Below are positions 15,879-24,947 of a DNA stretch of 43,838 nucleotides, piece after piece (position 1 is the first letter of the stretch; each line of letters opens with the position of its first letter). The DNA is taken from NCBI GenBank assembly GCA_030665585.1, contig DAOUZN010000001.1:1-43838 (forward strand). Reading direction: 5' to 3'. This DNA comes from Deltaproteobacteria bacterium. GTDB taxonomy: Bacteria; Desulfobacterota; Desulfobacteria; Desulfobacterales; C00003060. Made by a program: the position numbers and the translations under genes. The notes under the pieces were generated by a model. That model saw only the letters and a program-made list of their open reading frames with translations. It was not told the origin of the DNA and did not search any database.

Positions 15879-17204
15879 CTATTTTGTCAATCCTTTTTCC
15901 AAGGTCTCCTTGTTTTCAAGTAGGGCCTGCAAAGGTTTCATGCCCATGGCGTCACTTTGCTCAATGGCCTTGAGCACCGATCCCCCTCCGGTAAAGAAAT
16001 AGTAGAGCGCATCATCTAACACCGCAAGATAGAGTCCCGGACAGAGGCTCTTGAACTCCTGGAGGGTGTCCCCGCCGCCATAAAACTTCCAGGCCGTGCG
16101 GTTTCTATCGATGGTGCGGTCGAGGGCCTCTGAGCCTTCCGTAAAATATGGTGTGTAGCCCATGACCGCGTTCACAAAGATGGTTCGGGCCGAACCGATG
16201 ACATGGGCCACCTTCTCGTCTAAAAAAGACCTGGAATCGATGTCCAGGATATAGCCGTACGATTTGCCGGCCACGAGGTCTTGGACGGCAATCTTTCCAA
16301 ATTTTCCTCGAACCTTCTTACCCAGGGTGTCAGCCTCCACAATATGAGGAAGCTCCACAATCTTTTTCTTTTTCTTGTCCAGGGAAACCAGTTTCTTGGC
16401 GGCCTCAATGTCTTCTTCCGAGACCCCGGCGATCCGAATGTTGTATTTTGCGCACAGATAGGTATTGTAAATGACGCCCCCCAGGATGAGATGATCCACC
16501 TTTTTGTAAAGCTCATTTAACGGGCCAATCTTGGTGTCGTATTTCGCACCGGCCACCACGGCCACAAAGGGACGTTGGGGCCTTAGGACCTGGTCCAGGT
16601 GCCGGATCTCTTCTTGCATAAGAAAACCCGCATAGGCAGGCAGGTAGTTGGCAATGTCATAGGTCGATGCATGGGGTTGCCATGACCCGAAGGCGTCATT
16701 TACAAAGACGTCTGCAAGACCGGCGAGTTGCTGGACAAAGGACTCCCTGAGTTCGCCGGTCAGCTCTTCTCCTTCGAACCATCGGGTGTTGGGCAAATAA
16801 ACGCCGCCGATTTTGTGCTGCCTGAGGTCCCTGATGGCCAGATTGATCGAGGTGTCGATGCCGCGAATGCCGCGCCCATCTTCAATCCGAAATGTAGGCA
16901 CATGGATCCTGGTGTGAAGCTTGCGTTCAATGTAGGCGGCAATCGGCTCCGTGGAGGTGCCGGCATCGCAGGTGATCTCTCCAGTCTTCTTGTTTCGGGG
17001 CCGTCCCACATGGCTCATCAGGATGATGCGCCCCCCTCTTTCCACGATGTTGTAAAGGGTGCCGATGGTGCGGTCGATCCTGTAAGGGTCCCGGATAACG
17101 CCGTTTTTGACCACGTTGTGATCCACGCGAACCAGCACCACCTTGTCGGCAAGATCCGCGTCCTGAATGACAGGCAGCTGTTTCTTATTCGGCGCTTTCC
17201 TCAT
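15879..17204 (-). CDS. pgk: phosphoglycerate kinase, atypically long and divergent
   Basis: VLVRVDHNVV, MSHVGRP, VNDAFGSWQPHAST, PFVAVVAGAKYDTKI, GGGDT and FTGGGS are PGK-family blocks. Length is 441 aa against the usual ~395, and it has extra inserts. Confidence 0.8.
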   Translation of the reverse strand: MRKAPNKKQLPVIQDADLADKVVLVRVDHNVVKNGVIRDPYRIDRTIGTLYNIVERGGRIILMSHVGRPRNKKTGEITCDAGTSTEPIAAYIERKLHTRIHVPTFRIEDGRGIRGIDTSINLAIRDLRQHKIGGVYLPNTRWFEGEELTGELRESFVQQLAGLADVFVNDAFGSWQPHASTYDIANYLPAYAGFLMQEEIRHLDQVLRPQRPFVAVVAGAKYDTKIGPLNELYKKVDHLILGGVIYNTYLCAKYNIRIAGVSEEDIEAAKKLVSLDKKKKKIVELPHIVEADTLGKKVRGKFGKIAVQDLVAGKSYGYILDIDSRSFLDEKVAHVIGSARTIFVNAVMGYTPYFTEGSEALDRTIDRNRTAWKFYGGGDTLQEFKSLCPGLYLAVLDDALYYFFTGGGSVLKAIEQSDAMGMKPLQALLENKETLEKGLTK

Positions 17205-17910
17205 CGGTTCCCTGCTCCCTAATGTATTGTTTCAGTATCTGGTAGTCCTTCATATCGATATCAAGGAACTTGATGCCCATACCCTGGGGCCGGCTGGGGC
17301 CTTCTGCTTGTTGTCTTGCCCAGATCACTTCACATTTCAGTCTCAATGGATCTGAGATGCCGGGCAGGTCCAGCTTCAGCGAAAACTTGTGGCCGGGCTC
17401 CAGGGGGTTGTCCGTGCTTATGAAAAGGCCCCAGGTGCTCATATTCCCCAGGTATCCCTTGATCAAGGTGTCACCCAACTTGAACATGACAGGCAGAACC
17501 TTTGAGATCCGACGCTCTTGTCGGGCCGTAAATTCCGTGGCCCTGTCGGTCATCTTCTTGACCCTGTGTGCCACGGCGACCAGAATGAGCCTGAAATCTT
17601 CAGAGAGCTTATTGAATTCCCGATCCAGAAACTCCCGATCGATAATCCCGACTCTGGTCTCCCCCACAGCCTGGGCTGTGGCAATTCTCCCCATGCCGCC
17701 TATAAACCCCACCTCGCCAAAGATATCCTCGGGTTCCAGCACCTCTATGATGAACTTGTTGTCTCCAATCGTCTTGGAGATCTCTACCGCGCCTGACTGG
17801 ACCACATAGATCCAGTCTCCTGAACTGCCCTCTTTGAAGATAAATTCCCCGTGGTGATAGGTCTCCTCACTCGCGATGTGATATATAGTCATTTTTTTGG
17901 CTCCTGGCAT
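17185..17910 (-). CDS. cyclic-nucleotide-binding domain plus PilZ domain protein
   Basis: The N-terminus has a cNMP fold (FKEGSSGDWIYVVQSG...IFGEVGF...GRIATAQA). The C-terminus has the PilZ motifs RQERR (RxxxR) and NMSTWG (D/NxSxxG). Its 3' end overlaps the pgk start by 20 nt. Confidence 0.82.
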   Translation of the reverse strand: MPGAKKMTIYHIASEETYHHGEFIFKEGSSGDWIYVVQSGAVEISKTIGDNKFIIEVLEPEDIFGEVGFIGGMGRIATAQAVGETRVGIIDREFLDREFNKLSEDFRLILVAVAHRVKKMTDRATEFTARQERRISKVLPVMFKLGDTLIKGYLGNMSTWGLFISTDNPLEPGHKFSLKLDLPGISDPLRLKCEVIWARQQAEGPSRPQGMGIKFLDIDMKDYQILKQYIREQGTDEESAE

Positions 17911-17919
17911 GTGTGAGTC

Positions 17920-18117
17920 TTACTTTTGTGTGATCCGCCTAATCTGGTGCCTTATGAGATAAACGATTCCTCCAAGGGGCGGAACGAAGACCACGAACGC
18001 CCCCCAAAGGGCCTTCTTTCGTAAGGAGCCAAAGTCCCGGCGGGCTATGTCCACAATGGCCCACATCGTGGGGATAATAAGAAGCAAGCATATGAGGAGG
18101 AATAAGCCATGACTCAT
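17920..18117 (-). CDS. small membrane protein, PLD-nuclease N-terminal (PLDc_N)-like
   Basis: 65 aa with two TM segments. Sequence is IPTMWAIVDIARRDF...KALWGAFVVFVPPLGGIVYLI. Confidence 0.7.
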   Translation of the reverse strand: MSHGLFLLICLLLIIPTMWAIVDIARRDFGSLRKKALWGAFVVFVPPLGGIVYLIRHQIRRITQK

Positions 18118-18187
18118 TGCTCACTCCCGAACCCCTGTGTCGCACTGGCGACAGCCTTCACCCAGACACCTCAGACTCCTTTGGTTC

Positions 18188-19069
18188 TCACCTGGAGCGA
18201 AGCCTCGAAAGGCGTTCGGCCACTTTGAGGATGGTGTCCGCGTAATAGCTACTGTGGTTATAGGAGAGCAAGACACGGAATGCCTCGTCGCGGTTCAGCC
18301 CCGGTCTCCACCCATGTTGCTTCAGGTAGTTGGCCACACTCTCAATCGCATCCACGTGCTCATACAGGTTGATCTGTCCGTCTTTATTACCGTCTCGGCC
18401 GAACTTGAGTATGCTTGAAGGTATAAATTGAGCAAAGCCCAATGCGCCGGCATAGGAACCGTAGACAGACACCGGGTCCACCTTCTGGGCCTGAACGTAT
18501 TTGAGATAAGCCCGGAGCTCACGATAGGCCCATGCCGACTTGCGCAAAGCCCATCCTTCAAAGCGGTCCTTGGATGCCGGGGCACTCTCTTTGATATAGG
18601 TACGCCAGAGCATGTCCCGCTTGGCTGTCTCATCAAGGGCTGCCAGGCTCGAAAGGGTATTGAGGACCAGGCGTTTGCTAACGTAAGTGCCCAGTCTTGA
18701 TTCCACCAGCAAGATGGCGGTAACGACCTCACCCTCCACGCCATAGAGCTCTTGGGCGTGGAGTAAAGCCGCCCCATGTTTTTTGAGATAAGCGATCGCC
18801 TGGTCTACGGAAGATTCCGTCAAGAACTGATCGTAGTCCAAGGTCGCTTCTCGATGCAAGAAATACGCCGTGAGGCCCTGTTCGTCAAGGGTCACTTCGG
18901 GTCTCGCATAGATGGCCTTTATCAGGGATCTATCAAATCCGTCGCCAATAAGGCGCTGTTGAAGCGTGCCGAAGGGATGAGGCCTCCTTGATGGCTCACC
19001 ATGGGCCCCATCGGCCCAGCCCAGCAGGCAGACAAAGCTCAGAGCGGCTGCGGCCAGCCATCGTGACAT
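18188..19069 (-). CDS. mltB: lytic murein transglycosylase (MltB/SLT_2 family)
   Basis: GALGFAQFIPSS...DGNKDGQINL...DAIESVANYLKQHGW. ATG at 19069 gives the signal peptide MSRWLAAAALSFVCLLGWADG and avoids overlap with the upstream kinase. The tracked start is 19117. Confidence 0.82.
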   Translation of the reverse strand: MSRWLAAAALSFVCLLGWADGAHGEPSRRPHPFGTLQQRLIGDGFDRSLIKAIYARPEVTLDEQGLTAYFLHREATLDYDQFLTESSVDQAIAYLKKHGAALLHAQELYGVEGEVVTAILLVESRLGTYVSKRLVLNTLSSLAALDETAKRDMLWRTYIKESAPASKDRFEGWALRKSAWAYRELRAYLKYVQAQKVDPVSVYGSYAGALGFAQFIPSSILKFGRDGNKDGQINLYEHVDAIESVANYLKQHGWRPGLNRDEAFRVLLSYNHSSYYADTILKVAERLSRLRSR

Positions 19070-19082
19070 GACATCCCAATGG

Positions 19083-20441
19083 CTATGCTGGAATAACAAA
19101 GTAGAATTCGTTCCCATGCTCTTTGGCGTTAAGGCCTACCAGGCCTCCATGCACTTCAACGACATTCTTTACAAACTGGAGCCCGTGCCCCGTGCCCTCA
19201 ACCGATTCGCTTTGTGTCACTCGAAAACCTTCATCAAAAATACGGGCTGCGTCTTCCTCATTAATGGGTGGTCCGGAAGAGAACACATCAAAGCGCACAC
19301 CGTCGTGTCCCTGTCCAAAGAACGCTTCGACGAGCGATGCCGTGCAGTCAACCTTCTTGACCCTCTTGCCTGATGCGTCCACGACCCATTCAGCGTATTT
19401 GGCCGCATTTGACAAGAGATTAGCCACCACCTGAGCCATGAGCCCTCTGTCAGCCTTGACTTGAATATCTTCAGGTTGGCCATGATCCCTGATCATAGGG
19501 TCAACGACAATGCCTTGTTGGACAAAAAAATCCCGATATCGTTGCAGTTGCGGCAGGACGATGTCTTGCCACAGATCACAGGGGGCCTTTTTGAGGATGT
19601 ATTCCCCAAACAGGAAGTGGTCTGGACGGAGCAAGGTTTCCAAGAAAAGACTAGCGTGTTTGTAATGTCGCTCGATCTTCTCCTGATCCCGAAACATGGC
19701 CCTGTTGATCACCACCATTCTTTCTACTGTCTCACTGAGCCTGGCATACAGGTTTGGCTCCTGAGCCTTGACCTCATCAAGGACGTGGTCGAGCGCACTT
19801 TCGATTTCCTTGTTAATGCTGAGATATTTCCTGATCTTTTTGAAGTAATGCTTATAGTGAAGGTTAGGCACAATCACGTTATGCTCTATGTCTGCCACCA
19901 GATTGTTGATAAACTTGAGGTGCTGAATGTTCTGTTCAGCAAGGAATTTGCTGTTAAGACTATATCCTACCCGGTTGACATATTTTTCGACAAAGAAAAC
20001 TTCAGCCTCTGTGAGATGATCCCCCTGGCTCACCTCATAGATCCCGATAATATCTGCCGGCCTTTGAGGAAGAGCACGGCTGCCGGAAATCTTCTTGCCG
20101 TGGATGGGTAGCACGTGGGCACCACCGTCTTGATAAGGCGTATGAGTTATTCTGATGTAATGGGGCACATGGTCTTCCGCATGGCCGCTGGGGGGATGAC
20201 TGTTTGCCACCCATTTGATGGATTCACTCTTGGGATCGATCATATACAGATTGCTTCGCAGTCCAAAGAAGACTCGAGGCACGGCAACACTCACGGCGTA
20301 CAAATCATCCAGGCTGTCGTATTCTTGGGCCAGGTCGAAAAAGGTGCTCAAGGCGGCCATTTCAAGCTTTTCAAAACCATAGCTGGCGTAATCCTCCCTT
20401 TTCTGCTCAATCCGCTTCAGGATAGCAGCAAATGTATTCAT
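19083..20441 (-). CDS. cytoplasmic sensor histidine kinase
   Basis: C-terminal HATPase_c with N box VVANLLSNAAKYA, FDEGFRV and G2 GTGHGLQFV. A putative H-box reads LVADIEHNVIVPNL. No TM segment. Likely start is MNTFAAILKRIE at 20441; the tracked start is 20513. Confidence 0.78.
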   Translation of the reverse strand: MNTFAAILKRIEQKREDYASYGFEKLEMAALSTFFDLAQEYDSLDDLYAVSVAVPRVFFGLRSNLYMIDPKSESIKWVANSHPPSGHAEDHVPHYIRITHTPYQDGGAHVLPIHGKKISGSRALPQRPADIIGIYEVSQGDHLTEAEVFFVEKYVNRVGYSLNSKFLAEQNIQHLKFINNLVADIEHNVIVPNLHYKHYFKKIRKYLSINKEIESALDHVLDEVKAQEPNLYARLSETVERMVVINRAMFRDQEKIERHYKHASLFLETLLRPDHFLFGEYILKKAPCDLWQDIVLPQLQRYRDFFVQQGIVVDPMIRDHGQPEDIQVKADRGLMAQVVANLLSNAAKYAEWVVDASGKRVKKVDCTASLVEAFFGQGHDGVRFDVFSSGPPINEEDAARIFDEGFRVTQSESVEGTGHGLQFVKNVVEVHGGLVGLNAKEHGNEFYFVIPA

Positions 20442-20728
20442 GGGGTGTCTACCGCGCGGTAATGATTCTGATAGCCTGAAAGTTCCCTCGTTGCTGACCG
20501 GGCAAGCCGCCAAAGGCGGCGTATAGAACCGACTTCAATCCTTAGCCGATTTCCCTCGTAGACTACGTACTTTGGCTCATATTGTCAAATAAAACATGTT
20601 TCTTACCGCGGTTGTCCAAAAAGCTTTCTGCCAGAAGAAAGACGAGCTTTATAATGAACGGACCAATATGCCGTCTTGATTTGGCATCCTCAGAATGATA
20701 TGAATTTCAAAAAGATAGGGGAAGGCCT

Positions 20729-22102
20729 GTGAAGGGTATGAAGGCGGGTAAGACCATTTTCTTGTGTCAGCATTGCGGCTATCAGGCACCTAAATGGATG
20801 GGCAAGTGTCCTGACTGCGGTCAATGGAATAGCTTGGTCGAGGAAAGGGCCCCTGCGGGGCCTGCGTTTTCGCCCGGGAGGTCTTTTGGAACCTCACCGT
20901 CTAAGCCGGTTCCCATGGATACGGTGGAAATGACCCGGGCAAGCCGTATGGCCACAGGGATACAGGAATTCGACCGGGTCCTTGGGGGCGGATTAGTACC
21001 GGGATCTCTTATCCTGATAGGTGGGGATCCGGGCATCGGAAAATCCACCCTCATGCTTCAGGTCTTACACCGGCTCGCCTCTCACAATCATAAGGTCCTC
21101 TATGTGTCTGGTGAGGAATCCATTCAGCAGATCAAGCTCAGGAACAATCGACTCGGTGCAGAGTCGAAGGGGCTATGGGTTGTGTCGGAGACAGGCCTCG
21201 AATCGATCAGGGCCATGGCCGATGAGATGGCGCCCGATGTCATGGTGGTTGATTCGGTTCAAACGATCTTTACCCCGGATTTGACCTCTGCCCCAGGGAG
21301 CGTCAGCCAGGTTCGGGAGGCCACGATGCACCTCATGTTCCTGGCAAAGCGGACGGGTATTCCGATTTTTCTCGTGGGACACGTGACCAAAGACGGCGCC
21401 ATTGCCGGCCCCAGGCTCCTGGAGCATATGGTTGATACGGTGCTCTATTTTGAGGGAGGCCAGAATAATGTGTTTCGGGTGTTGCGGGCTGTGAAGAATC
21501 GGTTTGGTTCCACGAATGAAATCGGTGTATTTGAAATGAGAGAAAACGGGCTTTGCGAGGTCTTGAATCCTTCTTCGGTCTTCTTGTCCGAGAGACCCTG
21601 TCTTGTGCCTGGTTCGGTGGTCACAGCCAGTATAGAGGGATCCAGGCCCATATTACTTGAGATCCAGGGCCTGGTTGCCAGATCTACCTTTGGCACGCCG
21701 CGGCGAACCGTCCTTGGCGTGGATTACAACCGGGTTTCTCTCTTAGTAGCTATTATGGAAAAGAAGCTCGGATTCCAGTTGGCGAATGAGGACATCTTTG
21801 TCAATGTGGCCGGAGGGGTCAAGGTGGATGAGCCTGCGGTGGATTTAGGGATTGTCTCAGTGATTGCCTCAAGCTTCCTTGATAAACCCGTCAAGGGACG
21901 AACCGTGGTACTGGGTGAGATCGGGTTGACGGGAGAAGTCAGGACGATCAGTCGGGTTGAGCAGAGAGTGGGGGAGGCAGCAAAGATGGGCTTTACCCGG
22001 TGCCTCCTTCCCGGAAACAATCTGAAACACCTCAAGGGACGAGACGCGATGGCGTTAGTGGGTGTGCAGACAGTCTCTGAGCTCGTTGACCTGTTGTTTT
22101 GA
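20729..22102 (+). CDS. radA: DNA repair protein RadA/Sms
   Basis: Zinc finger CQHCGYQAPKWMGKCPDCGQWN, Walker A GGDPGIGKST, KNRFG motif and a Lon-like C-terminal domain. ATG at 20738 is an alternative start. Confidence 0.94.
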   Translation: MKGMKAGKTIFLCQHCGYQAPKWMGKCPDCGQWNSLVEERAPAGPAFSPGRSFGTSPSKPVPMDTVEMTRASRMATGIQEFDRVLGGGLVPGSLILIGGDPGIGKSTLMLQVLHRLASHNHKVLYVSGEESIQQIKLRNNRLGAESKGLWVVSETGLESIRAMADEMAPDVMVVDSVQTIFTPDLTSAPGSVSQVREATMHLMFLAKRTGIPIFLVGHVTKDGAIAGPRLLEHMVDTVLYFEGGQNNVFRVLRAVKNRFGSTNEIGVFEMRENGLCEVLNPSSVFLSERPCLVPGSVVTASIEGSRPILLEIQGLVARSTFGTPRRTVLGVDYNRVSLLVAIMEKKLGFQLANEDIFVNVAGGVKVDEPAVDLGIVSVIASSFLDKPVKGRTVVLGEIGLTGEVRTISRVEQRVGEAAKMGFTRCLLPGNNLKHLKGRDAMALVGVQTVSELVDLLF

Positions 22103-22103
22103 C

Positions 22104-22131
22104 TTGAAAAAGATCCATTTGTTGCTATATA
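22104..22131 (+). promoter_or_regulatory. candidate sigma70 promoter for rlmE
   Basis: TTGAAA (22104-22109), 16-nt spacer ending in TGC (extended -10), TATATA (22126-22131). Confidence 0.45.
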
Positions 22132-22149
22132 GGTCGTGAGGGACTAGGG

Positions 22150-22737
22150 GTGAGACGTCATCGATGGCATGACGCTTATACCATGCGGGCTCGTAAGGAA
22201 GGATTTCCCGCCCGGTCGGTTTACAAGCTTGAGGAAATCCAAAAGAGCTTTCGCATCCTGAAAAGAGGGGCCCGAGTGCTCGATTTGGGCTGCTCCCCTG
22301 GCTCTTGGCTGCTGTTTGCCTCCAGGACGGTGGGCGATAAAGGCCTGGTTGTGGGCGTGGACATCACGCCGATGTCTGTCCAGCTTCCGTCCAATGTTCG
22401 ATGGGTGGCGTATGATGCCCTGGCTTGGGACGCCTCATTCTTAGAGGCCATTGGGGGTCCCTTTGAAGCGGTCTTGAGCGATATGGCTCCTTCCAGCACA
22501 GGCAGCAAGATGGTGGATGCTCACAGGTCCCTTGAACTGAGTCAAGCGGCGTTGGCCATTGCATCCCGTGTTCTGATGGCCGGCGGAGCGTTTGTCTGTA
22601 AGATTTTTCATGGGCCTGACTTCAAGAGCTTTTCGGATCGGGCTAGGCCGTTGTTTCACAGGATTGTCCACGTCAGGCCCAAAAGTACCAGAAAGGCAAG
22701 TAAAGAGATCTACGTGGTTGGATTGGGAAAGAACTGA
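22150..22737 (+). CDS. rlmE: 23S rRNA (uridine2552-2'-O)-methyltransferase
   Basis: YKLEEIQ...VLDLGCSPGSW (SAM-binding motif), VLSDMAP, VCKIFHG. Length about 195 aa. Confidence 0.9.
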   Translation: MRRHRWHDAYTMRARKEGFPARSVYKLEEIQKSFRILKRGARVLDLGCSPGSWLLFASRTVGDKGLVVGVDITPMSVQLPSNVRWVAYDALAWDASFLEAIGGPFEAVLSDMAPSSTGSKMVDAHRSLELSQAALAIASRVLMAGGAFVCKIFHGPDFKSFSDRARPLFHRIVHVRPKSTRKASKEIYVVGLGKN

Positions 22738-22840
22738 AGCCCGCAGCCCTGGAGGACGGGGCTTGCTAGGAGCGGGCGGGTCACAAACACTTAGAGGAGA
22801 AGCAGGGCAAGAACGTACGACAGGCCAATGAGGAGGCACC

Positions 22841-23593
22841 ATGTCCGGGCACTCAAAGTGGAGCACGATCAAGCGCAAGAAAGGCGCGACGGACGCCAGG
22901 CGGGGTAAGATCTTCACGAAGTTGATCAAGGAAATCACGGTAGCCGCACGCTTCGGGGGAGGTGATGCGGATGCCAACCCTCGGCTCCGAACAGCCATTG
23001 CCGCGGCAAAGGCAGAAAACATGCCCAAGGACAACATTGAAAGGGCCGTGAAGAAAGGCACTGGAGAGCTGGAAGGCGTTGCCTATGAAGAGGTTCATTA
23101 TGAAGGATACGGTCCGGGCGGGGCAGCCGTGTTGGTGGAATCTCTGACCGATAATAAGAACCGCACCGTAGCCGATGTACGCTATGTGTTCAGCAAGTCC
23201 GGGGGAAGCTTGGGGGAGGCGGGATGTGTGGCCTGGATGTTTGGGAAAAAGGGCCTGTTTGTATTCGAAAAAGAAAGTGTAGACGAAGAAACGCTCATGG
23301 AGGTGACCCTGGATGCCGGGGCGGAAGATATTCGTGACGAAGAAGGGACTTTTGAGGTCATTACATCCGTGGAAGATTTTGAAGCGGTGAAGAAGGCTTT
23401 GGATGAAAAGGGCACGGGTTACAGCCTTGCCGAGATCACGATGGTGCCCCAGACCACGGTCAATCTGGAAGGCAAGGAAGCCGAACAAATGCTTCGGCTC
23501 ATGGACGCACTGGAAGACTCGGACGATGTTCAAAGAGTTTACTCCAATTTTGATATCTCGGACAAAACCCTTGAAGAGCTGGGAGGGGCCTGA
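22841..23593 (+). CDS. yebC: YebC/PmpR-family DNA-binding regulator
   Basis: [42 protein letters not shown] is the family hallmark. Confidence 0.94.
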   Translation: MSGHSKWSTIKRKKGATDARRGKIFTKLIKEITVAARFGGGDADANPRLRTAIAAAKAENMPKDNIERAVKKGTGELEGVAYEEVHYEGYGPGGAAVLVESLTDNKNRTVADVRYVFSKSGGSLGEAGCVAWMFGKKGLFVFEKESVDEETLMEVTLDAGAEDIRDEEGTFEVITSVEDFEAVKKALDEKGTGYSLAEITMVPQTTVNLEGKEAEQMLRLMDALEDSDDVQRVYSNFDISDKTLEELGGA

Positions 23594-23713
23594 GTTTGCC
23601 CGGGGTGATTCTGGCATGTCATTTTTTTCAATAGAGTTTTGCAAAGTCGTTTTTTCTGGTATGGTGGTGTTCCAGCCTGACAGGATAGGGACCAGGAGAA
23701 AGGCGGGCGCTGT

Positions 23714-24106
23714 TTGTTAGTTCTGGACGAGCTACAATATTCCGAAGAGCACATGTGGGTCCGGCATGAGGGAAATCACACGATTAGTATTGGTGTCACC
23801 GATTATGCCCAGTTAGCATTGGGGCAACTCAATTATGTGGAACTTCCCAACGAGGGTGATGATATTGTGATATGTGAAGCCTTTGGGAGCGTGGAATGTG
23901 AAAAGCTGGTTACCGATCTTTATGCCCCTGTGTGTGGTGTGGTGACAGAAATGAATCGAGAGGTGATTGACAATCCCTTATTGATCAATTATTCGCCATA
24001 CAAGCAGGGCTGGGTTATCCGCGCCAAACTTTATAGCGTGGCCGAATTAGACCTGCTCATGTCGGGTGACGATTACGAGGAATACATACTGACCAGCACG
24101 CTTTGA
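23714..24106 (+). CDS. gcvH: glycine cleavage system H-like lipoyl carrier protein
   Basis: TTG start. YSEEHMWV, IGVTDYAQ..LG, and SVECEKLVTDLYAPVCG containing the candidate lipoyl-lysine. No gcvT or gcvP is nearby. Confidence 0.82.
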   Translation: MLVLDELQYSEEHMWVRHEGNHTISIGVTDYAQLALGQLNYVELPNEGDDIVICEAFGSVECEKLVTDLYAPVCGVVTEMNREVIDNPLLINYSPYKQGWVIRAKLYSVAELDLLMSGDDYEEYILTSTL

Positions 24107-24222
24107 GCACACTCCCTGCCCGGGTCTTACCGGTGTGTGATTTCCAGATCCCCCCACCCCAGCGTCCGTTGCACTTACCTTTTCAGGCATTCTCACCGCA
24201 CTGGTTTTTGCCTTGGGAGCCC

Positions 24223-24930
24223 TTAGTTCCCCTCCAGCTGAAGCACGTCTGCGTCCTTGGGGACCTTGAACCTAAACAAGGAAGCATCGAGGCCCTGGTT
24301 AAACCTGAAACCTTCAAATCGTATAATCGTCTTGTCTCCAAAGGCGTTACAAGTAACCGATTGGATGATGTCGAAGGTACTTTTTGAAATAGATAAAACC
24401 ATCTCAACCAGATTGGGCCGTCTTTTCTTGGGAAGGAGTTTCAGGACAAATCGGTCTTCTGCCTGGGCCTCCGCAGGCGCCCACTGCACGACAAAATCCT
24501 CGAGCAGAGCGCCGGGTTCGGTAAAAAACTCCGTCCATTTTGTATCGCCGAAGTAGTCGGCAGCTCGGCCAACCATCACCTGGTTTTCCGCCGGCCGATA
24601 GACCCAGACGGTTTGTCCGTCCGTGATAATGAGGTATTCTTCCGGCGTCTTATAGTGCCAACGCATCATCGTCGAGGGCCTAAAGGAGACATGCCCCTGG
24701 GCAGCGTCGACCATACCCATGGCTTTTAGGTGAGATTCCTGGACGAAATCAGCCTCAAAATCAGCTGCTGCATACCGATGCTGAATCCCTTCCAAGATTT
24801 CACAGATCGGAAGGGGCTCTGACGCAGCACAGAGACCGTGGGGGAAAACCCCGAACCATATGAGGCAGAATGCCACGCACAAGCTCCCTGGCTGTCTGCG
24901 GGCTCTTTGAGAGACAAAAACGTTTCCCAT
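24223..24930 (-). CDS. lolA: outer-membrane lipoprotein carrier protein
   Basis: Signal peptide, then FEADFVQES...GHVSFRPSTMMRWHY..P...IITDGQTVWVY is LolA-like. It lies immediately downstream of ftsK. Confidence 0.82.
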   Translation of the reverse strand: MGNVFVSQRARRQPGSLCVAFCLIWFGVFPHGLCAASEPLPICEILEGIQHRYAAADFEADFVQESHLKAMGMVDAAQGHVSFRPSTMMRWHYKTPEEYLIITDGQTVWVYRPAENQVMVGRAADYFGDTKWTEFFTEPGALLEDFVVQWAPAEAQAEDRFVLKLLPKKRRPNLVEMVLSISKSTFDIIQSVTCNAFGDKTIIRFEGFRFNQGLDASLFRFKVPKDADVLQLEGN

Positions 24931-24947
24931 ACCCTACTCCCAATAGG

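Noticed and set aside
22853-23644. 263-aa minus-strand ORF
   Set aside because: It is antisense to the highly conserved yebC gene, so it is a shadow ORF.
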